Shown piece by piece: positions 56,123 through 64,000 of a stretch of 64,000 nucleotides of DNA. Source of the stretch: Promethearchaeota archaeon (GTDB taxonomy: Archaea > Asgardarchaeota > Lokiarchaeia > Sigyniarchaeales > SOKP01); assembly GCA_016839555.1 (NCBI GenBank), contig JAEOUA010000003.1, positions 160,001 through 224,000 of the forward strand. The letters are read 5' to 3'. The notes below the pieces were generated by a model, which was not told the origin of the DNA, did no database searches, and worked only from the letters and a program-made list of their open reading frames with translations. How positions within the stretch are numbered: position 1 is the stretch's first letter; each line of letters opens with the position of its first letter. The position numbers were made by a program, and so were the translations under genes.

Positions 56123-58033
56123 ATGAATTCTGAATGGATTGAAACTAAAAAATCTAAAACTTCAACTTGTTTAGGTCCAATTGAAAATTTAGAAGAACAT
56201 GTAGATAAGGACTGGTGGAATCATATTTTTAATTCCATGTATTTAAAAACAGATGGAGATGTTGTAGAGGATCCAATAATAACTTCAAGAGAAATTGATC
56301 TTTTTTCGAAAATACTTGATCTAAAGCCTAATGATGTAATACTTGACTTATGTTGTGGACAAGGTAGGCATTCTCTTGAATTGGCAAGAAGAGGATTTAC
56401 TAATATTGAAGGATTAGATCGTTCGCATTTTCTAATTAAAAAAGCTAGAGAAACGGTAAGAAAAGAGGGTTTAGCTGTGAAATTTCAAGAGGGTGATGCT
56501 CGGAAACTAAATTATTCTACTGATTCATTTGATGTGGTATTGTTATTAGGAAATAGTTTTGGATATTTTAAATCAATAAAGGATGATCTTTTGGTATTAA
56601 CTGAAGTATTTAGAATTCTAAAACCTTGGTCCCGTATTTTAATAGATTTAGCAGATGGGGAATACTTAAAAAAGAACTTTGCACCTCATTCTTGGGAGTG
56701 GATTGATAAAAATATTTTTGTATGTCGCGAACGCTCTCTTTCTCTAGATAAACATAGATTAATTTCAAGAGAATTAATTACTCATGTCAACATAGGAGTA
56801 TTGATTGATCAATTTTATGCTGAAAGATTATATTCTAAAAATAGAATTTTGGAATTATTAAAAAAAGCTGGTTTTACTAATATAAATTTTCACGGAGAAG
56901 TATCCCCTGCATCTCAGAGGAATCAAGATTTAGGAATGATGGAAAAGCGTATACTAGTGAGCGCTTGTGCAAAAAAAGAATGGACAGTTGTTGAAAAGAA
57001 ACAAAAAAAGGCACAGAAAAATGTTGTGGTGATTTTTGGAGATCCTAACAAGGCTGATATTTTAAAACCATTAAGAATCTTTGATGAGGATGATTTTTAT
57101 ACAATAGAACAATTAAAAAATAATTTGCGAACATTTGAGGAATATAATTTTATGTATCTTACTAATCATAATACACTTGTTCAAGAATTATTGAAATTAA
57201 GAGGTCAAATTGATTATGTATTTAATTTATGCGATGAAGGATATGATAATAATGCGAGAAATGAATTACATATTCCCGCACTCTTAGATGTTTTAAGAAT
57301 ACCTTATACAGGAGCAGGACCTCAATGCCTTGCTTTTTGTTATGATAAATCTCTAGTGAGAGGAATTGCAAAAGAAATGGGGATACCCGTACCACACGCC
57401 ATATATATCAAACCAAAAGATGAAAAATTTGATTTTCCCTTTTATTTTCCAGCAATAGTGAAACCTAATTTCGGAGATTCTAGTTTCGGAATAACACAAC
57501 AGAATGTTATCTATAATGGAGAAGACCTCATAAATGTAATTTCTAATTTACGCGAGCAATTCGGTTATAATAGTCCTATCTTGATTGAGCAATTTCTTCC
57601 AGGGAAAGATTTAACTTTAGGAATTATTGGAAACTCTTATGATGATTTTCTCATTCTACCTATTTCTGAGGATGATTATTCTGAACTACCATCAGATCTG
57701 CCCAAAATCTGTGGATATGAAGCAAAATGGTTGCCAGATTCGCCTTACTCTAAAATTAAATCTATTAAAGCAGAATTACCCAATAAAACGGAAGAATTAA
57801 TTCAAAGAAGCAGTCTTAAATTATTTGAGAGATTGGAATGCCAGGATTATGCCAGATTTGATTGGAGGCTTGATATTGATGGAAATCCAAAATTATTAGA
57901 AGTAAATCCGAATCCTGGATGGTGTTGGGATGGTCACCTTGCTAAAATGGCAAGCTATAATAATATGGATTATAAGGATATGCTTTCAAAGATTCTTAAA
58001 ACTGCAGAGAAACGATTAGGTTTGGTTAAGTAA
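56123..58033 (+). CDS. Class I SAM methyltransferase fused to a D-Ala-D-Ala ligase-like ATP-grasp domain
   Basis: ILDLCCGQGRH, GDAR, GNSFGYF; then FNLCDEG, IPYTG, YDK, VKPNFGDSSFGI, EQFLPG, YARFDWR, LEVNPNPG. Confidence 0.9.
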   Translation: MNSEWIETKKSKTSTCLGPIENLEEHVDKDWWNHIFNSMYLKTDGDVVEDPIITSREIDLFSKILDLKPNDVILDLCCGQGRHSLELARRGFTNIEGLDRSHFLIKKARETVRKEGLAVKFQEGDARKLNYSTDSFDVVLLLGNSFGYFKSIKDDLLVLTEVFRILKPWSRILIDLADGEYLKKNFAPHSWEWIDKNIFVCRERSLSLDKHRLISRELITHVNIGVLIDQFYAERLYSKNRILELLKKAGFTNINFHGEVSPASQRNQDLGMMEKRILVSACAKKEWTVVEKKQKKAQKNVVVIFGDPNKADILKPLRIFDEDDFYTIEQLKNNLRTFEEYNFMYLTNHNTLVQELLKLRGQIDYVFNLCDEGYDNNARNELHIPALLDVLRIPYTGAGPQCLAFCYDKSLVRGIAKEMGIPVPHAIYIKPKDEKFDFPFYFPAIVKPNFGDSSFGITQQNVIYNGEDLINVISNLREQFGYNSPILIEQFLPGKDLTLGIIGNSYDDFLILPISEDDYSELPSDLPKICGYEAKWLPDSPYSKIKSIKAELPNKTEELIQRSSLKLFERLECQDYARFDWRLDIDGNPKLLEVNPNPGWCWDGHLAKMASYNNMDYKDMLSKILKTAEKRLGLVK

Positions 58034-58130
58034 AAGTTTTATTCCACTTTTTTCTCTCTTATTTTTTATCCTTAAATTTTAAATATTTTTTTATAAGAAT
58101 TTTATTATAAGATTTAAGATTAAATGGTAT

Positions 58131-59720
58131 ATGGTTATAGGTTATTTTGGTTTAGTCCTTCACGGGCATATTCCGTGGTGTAAAAAATCTGGAGTCTGGC
58201 CAGCGGGAGAAGAATGGTTAATGGAAGCTATGGCAGAATCCTATATTCCTTTTCTTAATATTATGAGAGAACTTAAAAATGAAGGTATTAAGACAGCCAT
58301 TACGATCAATATTACGCCAATATTGGCAGAACAACTCTCGGATGAATATATGAAACAGCGCTTTTCTGAATATATGGATGATTTAATTATCCGTGCTCAA
58401 AATGATATTTCGAGATTTCAATATCAACCAAAAAAAAAAGAAATCTCACAATTTCATCTCAATAGATTAGAACAGGTTCTAAATACGTTTTATCATAATT
58501 ATTATAGAGATCTTCTAGGAACTTTTAAATGGCTCCAAGAGGAGGGCATGATTGAATTAATAACATGTGCAGCCACACATGGCTTTCTACCGTTATTTGA
58601 AAGCGACTCCGGAATTTTTTCACAAATTCAGACGGCTGTTGACACTCATAAAAAATATTTTGGAAGGCAACCCAAGGGTATTTGGCTTCCTGAATGTGCT
58701 TATCGTCCAAAAGAATATAGAAATGGAAAGGTGAGAGAAAGTTTAGATTATTGGCTTAATAATTCGGGAATTGAGTATTTTTATGTGGATACTCATGGTC
58801 TTTTAGATGCTGAGCTTCTAGAAGTAAAAAATTCATTTGGACTCACAACAAAATTCGGTTATAATTTAGAAACAGGAGTGTCTGTGTTTGGGCGAAATAG
58901 AAAAACAAGCAGACAAGTATGGGATGCGGAAATAGGATATCCTGGTGATGAATATTATAGAGAATTCCATAAGAAAGATAATGAATCTGGTTTGCATTAT
59001 TGGCGAATAACTGGAAAGGACGTAGATAAAGAGCATAAAGAATTATATGATAGCAAAATGGCGCAAGAAAGAGTGGACAGCCATAGCTTGCATTTTGTTT
59101 CTATAGTGGCTGAAATATTAAAGGCATTTTCAGAAGAATTTAATACTAGAGGAATTATTGTATCTCCATATGATTTCGAATTATATGGACATTGGTGGAT
59201 GGAGGGGATAGATTGGTTAAAAGCTATATTTAACTTAATTAATAAAAATGAAAATATCGAGATGATAACCTTTTCAGAATATATCTCCAAATATAAAGAA
59301 CAATTTTCAATTATAAAGATGGGGAAAAGTAGTTGGGGAAAAGGAGGATATTTTGAAGTATGGCAAAATCCTGATCATGGATGGATTTGGCCCTACATAA
59401 ATTCTTCTATAAAAGATTTTGAAAATGTATTAGCAGACACTCCTAATCCTGGAAGTTGGGGAATTGATATACTTCAACAAACAGCTAGAGAATTATTATT
59501 AATGGAGGGTAGTGATTGGCCATTCCTTTTATATACAAAACAAGCAAAAGAATACGCAAATAAGCGATTTCATCACCATCATCAGCGATTCAACAAATTA
59601 ATCTGGCAAGCAAAAAATTTAAATGAAAGAAATAGAATTTCTAAAGAAGAACTCATGTATATCAAGGATATTGATTCATGTTTTCAAAATTTAAATATTG
59701 AATATTTTAGAAAGAGATAA
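58131..59720 (+). CDS. GH57 1,4-alpha-glucan branching enzyme
   Basis: VLHGHIP, ESYIP, ATHGFLP, GIWLPECAY, YDFELYGHWWMEG, ARELLLMEGSDWPF. Confidence 0.92.
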   Translation: MVIGYFGLVLHGHIPWCKKSGVWPAGEEWLMEAMAESYIPFLNIMRELKNEGIKTAITINITPILAEQLSDEYMKQRFSEYMDDLIIRAQNDISRFQYQPKKKEISQFHLNRLEQVLNTFYHNYYRDLLGTFKWLQEEGMIELITCAATHGFLPLFESDSGIFSQIQTAVDTHKKYFGRQPKGIWLPECAYRPKEYRNGKVRESLDYWLNNSGIEYFYVDTHGLLDAELLEVKNSFGLTTKFGYNLETGVSVFGRNRKTSRQVWDAEIGYPGDEYYREFHKKDNESGLHYWRITGKDVDKEHKELYDSKMAQERVDSHSLHFVSIVAEILKAFSEEFNTRGIIVSPYDFELYGHWWMEGIDWLKAIFNLINKNENIEMITFSEYISKYKEQFSIIKMGKSSWGKGGYFEVWQNPDHGWIWPYINSSIKDFENVLADTPNPGSWGIDILQQTARELLLMEGSDWPFLLYTKQAKEYANKRFHHHHQRFNKLIWQAKNLNERNRISKEELMYIKDIDSCFQNLNIEYFRKR

Positions 59721-59741
59721 AATTAATTTAGTTGTTTTGAA

Positions 59742-59975
59742 TTAGAAAATAATATTAATCGCATTCATAGGGCAAATTTCAATGCATTTTTTACAATTTT
59801 CCCCTAAGCAAAGCTGGGGGAACACAGGGTCTATTATCCAATTTGTGGGTTGATGATAATCTTCATCCGTGAATGTGATATTAAAGACACATGGTTCACA
59901 GACTTGTACGCATTTTCTACAGAGTTCCGGTTGAGAACATTTATCCAGATCAATCGCAATATTGGGGATTTTCAT
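59742..59975 (-). CDS. Ferredoxin (4Fe-4S dicluster type)
   Basis: C…CRKCVQVCEP and CLGENCKKCIEICP. Confidence 0.85.
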   Translation of the reverse strand: MKIPNIAIDLDKCSQPELCRKCVQVCEPCVFNITFTDEDYHQPTNWIIDPVFPQLCLGENCKKCIEICPMNAINIIF

Positions 59976-59977
59976 TA

Positions 59978-60844
59978 TTAATATTTTCCTCTGGTAATTG
60001 GGATTAAATTTCTATCTACTAATTCAATTGCGTTATTCTCGCACACTTCCGCACAATTCCCACAGCCATAGCATAATTCTGGATCAATAATTGGTTTCTC
60101 TTCATATTTTAAAGCACCAAATTGACAGCGATCTGCACAGTTTTCACATCCTATACATTTATCTTCATTCACTATGGCAACATTCTCTCCTTTCCAACAA
60201 GCTTTAATATCGAAATCAGTTCTCAATCTTAACGCTCCACAAGACGGTATAGAACAAGAGCATAAGGCTACAATAGCTGGTAATGGACCTGCCCAAATCG
60301 AATGTACATATCCTTCTTTAAACATTTGATCTAGAAACTCAGCAGCTTTTTCTCCATCTAATACCTCAAGTCCATTCTCAGGGATAAACCTTGGTAATTT
60401 TGGAAGCACCTCTTTTAACGGAGTAAATCCTAAACAAGTAGACTTTCGAACACCTTGGTTGAAAAATTTACATGGGCATATAGCTCGTACTACTTCTTCA
60501 GCCTTTTCTAATACTATTTGTTTTGCTTCTGAAAGGGTAATCACTTGTCCAAAATGCCCTTGAGCAGCATCTATATTTAGCTTTTGGGTTTTTCCATCTT
60601 TTATAAAACCCCTATTTGCATACCATTTTAGAAATCGCCCTAAAAATGGAGTATCGACTTTTTTACTCATCCATTTCAGATTAAATAATCCATGAACTTT
60701 TCTTGAATAGGCTCTTTCCATATTACCCCAAAGGTCTTCCAAATATTCTGTTGAGTTTACTTCATCTGCAGTTTCTCTTATATAATTTCTGGCATTCATA
60801 TACCATTTTCCATTTGCCCCATGTTTCATACAAATTTGGCACAT
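59978..60844 (-). CDS. Fe-S protein with C-terminal 2x[4Fe-4S] ferredoxin domain
   Basis: MCQICMKHG, CPC, CSC…C, CIGCENCADRC, CYGCGNCAEVC. Confidence 0.88.
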   Translation of the reverse strand: MCQICMKHGANGKWYMNARNYIRETADEVNSTEYLEDLWGNMERAYSRKVHGLFNLKWMSKKVDTPFLGRFLKWYANRGFIKDGKTQKLNIDAAQGHFGQVITLSEAKQIVLEKAEEVVRAICPCKFFNQGVRKSTCLGFTPLKEVLPKLPRFIPENGLEVLDGEKAAEFLDQMFKEGYVHSIWAGPLPAIVALCSCSIPSCGALRLRTDFDIKACWKGENVAIVNEDKCIGCENCADRCQFGALKYEEKPIIDPELCYGCGNCAEVCENNAIELVDRNLIPITRGKY

Positions 60845-61129
60845 ATAAGAACAACTCTCTGATTGGTATTTAATTTATTCTAATTTTGAGTTATTATAAT
60901 AATTATTTCTTTTATTAATTAAAAAATTTTAAATATCAAATTTTAAAGTTAATCTTATAGTGATTACAAAAACAGAATAAAGATTTAGAATAAATTTATT
61001 AGCTATATTCTCTATCATTATTTATCTTTTTTTAAAAGATTATTTCTACTTCTAATCTTAAAAAATATTATCTTCAAACAAAGATACTTAAATTTAGATT
61101 AGTTTAAATGAATTTATTAAAAATTAAGG

Positions 61130-61405
61130 GTGATGTTAGATTTAAATAAAACCATATCATTTGAGGAGTTGATTTCTTGCATTCCAGAGGATAAAATTAT
61201 AATATTAAAAACATTAATTTTGAAAGCTCAACATATACTCAGAGACGAAAATAAAAGATATGGAATAACATTACCGCATTTGATAAATTTTTTAGTAAGA
61301 AATGAAGAATTTTCAGATGCCCATAGAGATTTACTCATAATTCTTCAAAAAAAGTTAAGAGAATTCAAAAAGAAAGACTCAAATTTATATATAGAAATAA
61401 AATAA
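61130..61405 (+). CDS. Hypothetical protein
   Basis: 91-aa ORF; no motif recognised. Confidence 0.55.
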   Translation: MMLDLNKTISFEELISCIPEDKIIILKTLILKAQHILRDENKRYGITLPHLINFLVRNEEFSDAHRDLLIILQKKLREFKKKDSNLYIEIK

Positions 61406-61495
61406 TTTTCCTTCATTAAATCCGCCTTAAAAAATCTCATATTTATATTTTATTTTGTAATAGAATGAATCATTTAATTATATTTATGCCATGTA

Positions 61496-62320
61496 TTAAA
61501 AATTAGAATTAGTACTTGAATCTCCTGGTTGTTCAATTTTTTTTCTACTAATCTTTTGAAAAATTTTACCCCAGTCAACATATACAATAAGAAACATTAT
61601 AATTATTGTTGCTGCCCATACTATTGAACTTTGTATGATATCTAATGGGGTTGTTGCCGGAATAATACCTGTTTTTGCAGCTTCTAAATCGATCCCAAAT
61701 AAACTAAATAAAAAATCTCCTATTACAGTGTCAGCAAACCAGATCGGGAGTGCGCTGCTTAAGAAACACAAAACGAATTTCCCTATAAAACAATAAATTA
61801 AAGTCTTAAGGATACTGTAGCTTGCCATCCCAAGTACTATGAGAAAGGCATCATCAGGTAAGGGTGTTGCGGCAAATATAAAAATTAAAAGTGGGGCCCA
61901 ACCTTTATCTACATAAGTTTTCATCCTTTCGATGTTTTTGTTATTTTTAAAGATATTTTGAGACCCGCGTCCTATTAACCAAGCTGAAACTTCCCCTATA
62001 CTTGCTCCAAGCCCGCCAATCATGCCTAAAATTATTGGATTCACTCCAGGAAAACCAATAACTGCAGAAATCACAATAAGCGCAATAACATATGGAACAG
62101 GGAAAATGATAGTTAAATTTCCAAAAATAGAAATAATAAAAACCCCAAAATAAATACCCGGCGCTCCAAAAGTATCATAAAACCAGAATATAGTATCAGC
62201 CAACCATTGTCCAAAATTAATCTGTAATATAGCTAAGAGGAGAAATACGAAAATGATGATTCCAATAAATATAGGTCCAAGATACTTTCTTATAGTATTT
62301 TTTGTTTTTTCTAACCGCAT
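61496..62320 (-). CDS. DedA/VTT-domain membrane protein
   Basis: GNLTIIFPVPY, GLGASIGEVSAWLIGR, FAATPLPDD, IGK. Confidence 0.85.
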   Translation of the reverse strand: MRLEKTKNTIRKYLGPIFIGIIIFVFLLLAILQINFGQWLADTIFWFYDTFGAPGIYFGVFIISIFGNLTIIFPVPYVIALIVISAVIGFPGVNPIILGMIGGLGASIGEVSAWLIGRGSQNIFKNNKNIERMKTYVDKGWAPLLIFIFAATPLPDDAFLIVLGMASYSILKTLIYCFIGKFVLCFLSSALPIWFADTVIGDFLFSLFGIDLEAAKTGIIPATTPLDIIQSSIVWAATIIIMFLIVYVDWGKIFQKISRKKIEQPGDSSTNSNF

Positions 62321-62449
62321 TCTATAATATAAAAATTTCTTTCTATTGCTTTATTAATATTCAAATTTTTAGCTACTAACTTGAAATTATTTTTTTAAAT
62401 CTTAGTGTTATTAAATTTATCAATTATTATAATTATTCGTAAATTAGTT

Positions 62450-62620
62450 TTAGAGTTTAAGATCTATTTTTTTAATGAAAATGGAACATTTTTTATAAAA
62501 TAGATTACATAATTGACCACTACTCGCTTTATTGCATTCATTTGAATATGGGCATTTGATATTCTTTTTATTAAATGTTATTTTGACCCTATGGAGTCTT
62601 TTTTCAATATTTTTGGTCAT
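62450..62620 (-). CDS. Small Cys-rich protein (56 aa, not in the ORF track)
   Basis: MTKNIEKRLHRVKITFNKKNIKCPYSNECNKASSGQLCNLFYKKCSIFIKKIDLKL; four Cys; co-oriented between proS and the DedA gene. Confidence 0.6.
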   Translation of the reverse strand: MTKNIEKRLHRVKITFNKKNIKCPYSNECNKASSGQLCNLFYKKCSIFIKKIDLKL

Positions 62621-62679
62621 ATTTCTATTTTAAAAATTTAAGTAATTAAAAATATGAAGCGTAAGAGATTAAAATTAAT

Positions 62680-64000
62680 TTAATAACTTTTTGCAATATA
62701 AACTGTGCAATCAGCTGGTTTTCCACAGACTAAACAATTGGCAAATTCATGTTTTTCCTCGCCAACTCTTTTTCCTCTAATAAATCCCCCAATATCCTTT
62801 TCTACCACTTCCGCACAATGATAACCTTCCATATCAATTGAGCAAAATCCACAACAAACAATTTTACCTTTTTCAATAGCTTCTTTAGCTGAATCGATTT
62901 CATAACATACCTCTATTTCACTCTCAAAATCAACATAAGCTTTTTTCCATAATTTTTTTGTATAAGTTGATGTTAATTCTTCTAATATTTTGTCTAGTTC
63001 ATTTTCTTTTACAAAATATTTCTTCCCATCATACCGTCTTACGATTATCACTTGATTTTTTTTAATATCTCTAGGTCCGATCTCAATTCTAAAGGGTACT
63101 CCTTTCATTTCCCAGAAATAATACTTTTGTCCTGGAGAATCTTCTGAATCATCTAACTCAACATCATATTTATCTTTAAGTTTTTTAAAAAGCTCATTAG
63201 CTTTCTTAAGAACTATTTCTTCTTTATTTTTAAAAAGGATAGGAATAATTACGAATTGTTTTGGAGCAAGATCAAATGGTAGAACTAAGCCTTTATCATC
63301 TCCAAGATAGGCAATCATAGCCCCATAAATTCTACTTATCGCAGGACCATAACATGTTTGATACCCATATTCTTTTTCTCCCTCTTCATTAATAAATGAG
63401 ACATTAAATGGTTTTGAGAAGTTTTGCCCAAGTAAATGAGTAGATGGTAATTGAAGGACTTTCCCTGAGCCCATTAAAGCATCCGCTGCAAATGTCTTTT
63501 CAGCTCCACTAAATTTATCCCATTGTGGTCTTTCAAAAAAGATTATAGGTATACAAAATTCATCTTGAAGCATTTGATAAGTCATTTGCATATCTTCCTT
63601 TACTTGTTCTTCCGCTTCTTTCATTGTTGCAAAAACATTATGAGCCTCAATCCAATGAAATTCTCTCGCGCGAAAAAAGGGTCGTGTCATCTTACCTTCA
63701 TATCTAAAAACTTGACATGATTGATAACGTTTAAAGGGTAAATCATTATGACTTCTTATCCAATAGCTATACATAGGATAGAGAGCAGTTTCACTTGTTG
63801 GGCGAAGGGCTAATCTTTCCGTAAGTTTTTCTCCTTCACTTCCGACCTCACTAATCCAAAAAACTTCTGGAGCAAAACCTTCCACATGTTTAGCCTCTCT
63901 CTTGAAATTACTCTCTGGTATAACCGTAGGCATTATCAATGGAAGATGATCATTTTTTTCAAGTAATTCTTCGTATTTTCTATACATGCGTTTAATTGTA
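62680..64000 (-). CDS. proS: Proline--tRNA ligase (archaeal/eukaryotic type), 5' end outside the window
   Basis: HVEGFAPEVFW, LRPTSET, FRYE..TRPFFRAREF, HLLGQNFS, WEMKGVPFRIEIGPRD, C-terminal Zn domain ending AKSY. Confidence 0.96.
   Translation of the reverse strand, partial: TIKRMYRKYEELLEKNDHLPLIMPTVIPESNFKREAKHVEGFAPEVFWISEVGSEGEKLTERLALRPTSETALYPMYSYWIRSHNDLPFKRYQSCQVFRYEGKMTRPFFRAREFHWIEAHNVFATMKEAEEQVKEDMQMTYQMLQDEFCIPIIFFERPQWDKFSGAEKTFAADALMGSGKVLQLPSTHLLGQNFSKPFNVSFINEEGEKEYGYQTCYGPAISRIYGAMIAYLGDDKGLVLPFDLAPKQFVIIPILFKNKEEIVLKKANELFKKLKDKYDVELDDSEDSPGQKYYFWEMKGVPFRIEIGPRDIKKNQVIIVRRYDGKKYFVKENELDKILEELTSTYTKKLWKKAYVDFESEIEVCYEIDSAKEAIEKGKIVCCGFCSIDMEGYHCAEVVEKDIGGFIRGKRVGEEKHEFANCLVCGKPADCTVYIAKSY

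Noticed and set aside
57000-58033. D-Ala-D-Ala ligase as evidence of peptidoglycan synthesis or bacterial contamination
   Set aside because: It is fused to a methyltransferase, no mur genes are present, and the composition and flanking genes match the archaeal host.
10639-63720. Remaining short overlapping track ORFs (for example 10639, 11130, 11734, 17915, 18791, 19775, 22555, 24934, 27550, 27963, 29355, 31067, 31361, 32505, 34819, 34919, 35477, 37067, 37538, 41144, 42663, 43207, 44496, 46792, 47203, 48589, 53470, 54102, 58525, 58997, 63523)
   Set aside because: They overlap well-supported genes on the opposite strand or in another frame and carry no recognisable motifs.
1-64000. rRNA, tRNA, IS elements, integrases, prophage genes
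   Set aside because: I saw no sustained GC-rich structured segment, cloverleaf, transposase or integrase motif, or terminal inverted repeats; tRNAscan-SE, Infernal and ISEScan would be needed to exclude them formally.

Overview
AT-rich (roughly 27-30% GC by eye), gene-dense chromosomal window from an archaeon, most likely an Asgard archaeon of the Lokiarchaeia type. This is inferred from archaeal information genes (rpoE1, tfb, taw1, eS6, eL24, archaeal-type proS, fae-hps) together with eukaryote-signature proteins: a Roadblock/LC7 protein, two tandem Rab-like GTPases, a ubiquitin-like protein ending in GG, and an LRR protein. I saw no rRNA, tRNA, CRISPR array or transposase. The most striking locus is a tightly coupled minus-strand operon at 1-9933. 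It encodes an Fe-S PD-(D/E)XK nuclease/RNase H-like/SF1B helicase fusion (Dna2/TM0106-like), Mre11, a Rad50 with a C-x6-C hook, an ~80-aa acidic protein, and a second, different Rad50/SMC ATPase that the ORF track missed and that runs off the window edge. Other points of note: probable ATT/ATA start codons in three genes; a 22-bp operator shared by a DUF6506-like gene and fae-hps; an ICMT-CPBP-ICMT operon whose last gene has an in-frame TAG; winged-helix domains fused into Taw1, a CDF transporter and a long coiled-coil protein; an RHH-linked methyltransferase/ATP-grasp plus creatinase-like module; two small uncalled Cys-rich ORFs; and a structured intergenic region after the ubiquitin-like gene. 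All calls come from reading motifs by eye; no database searches were run.
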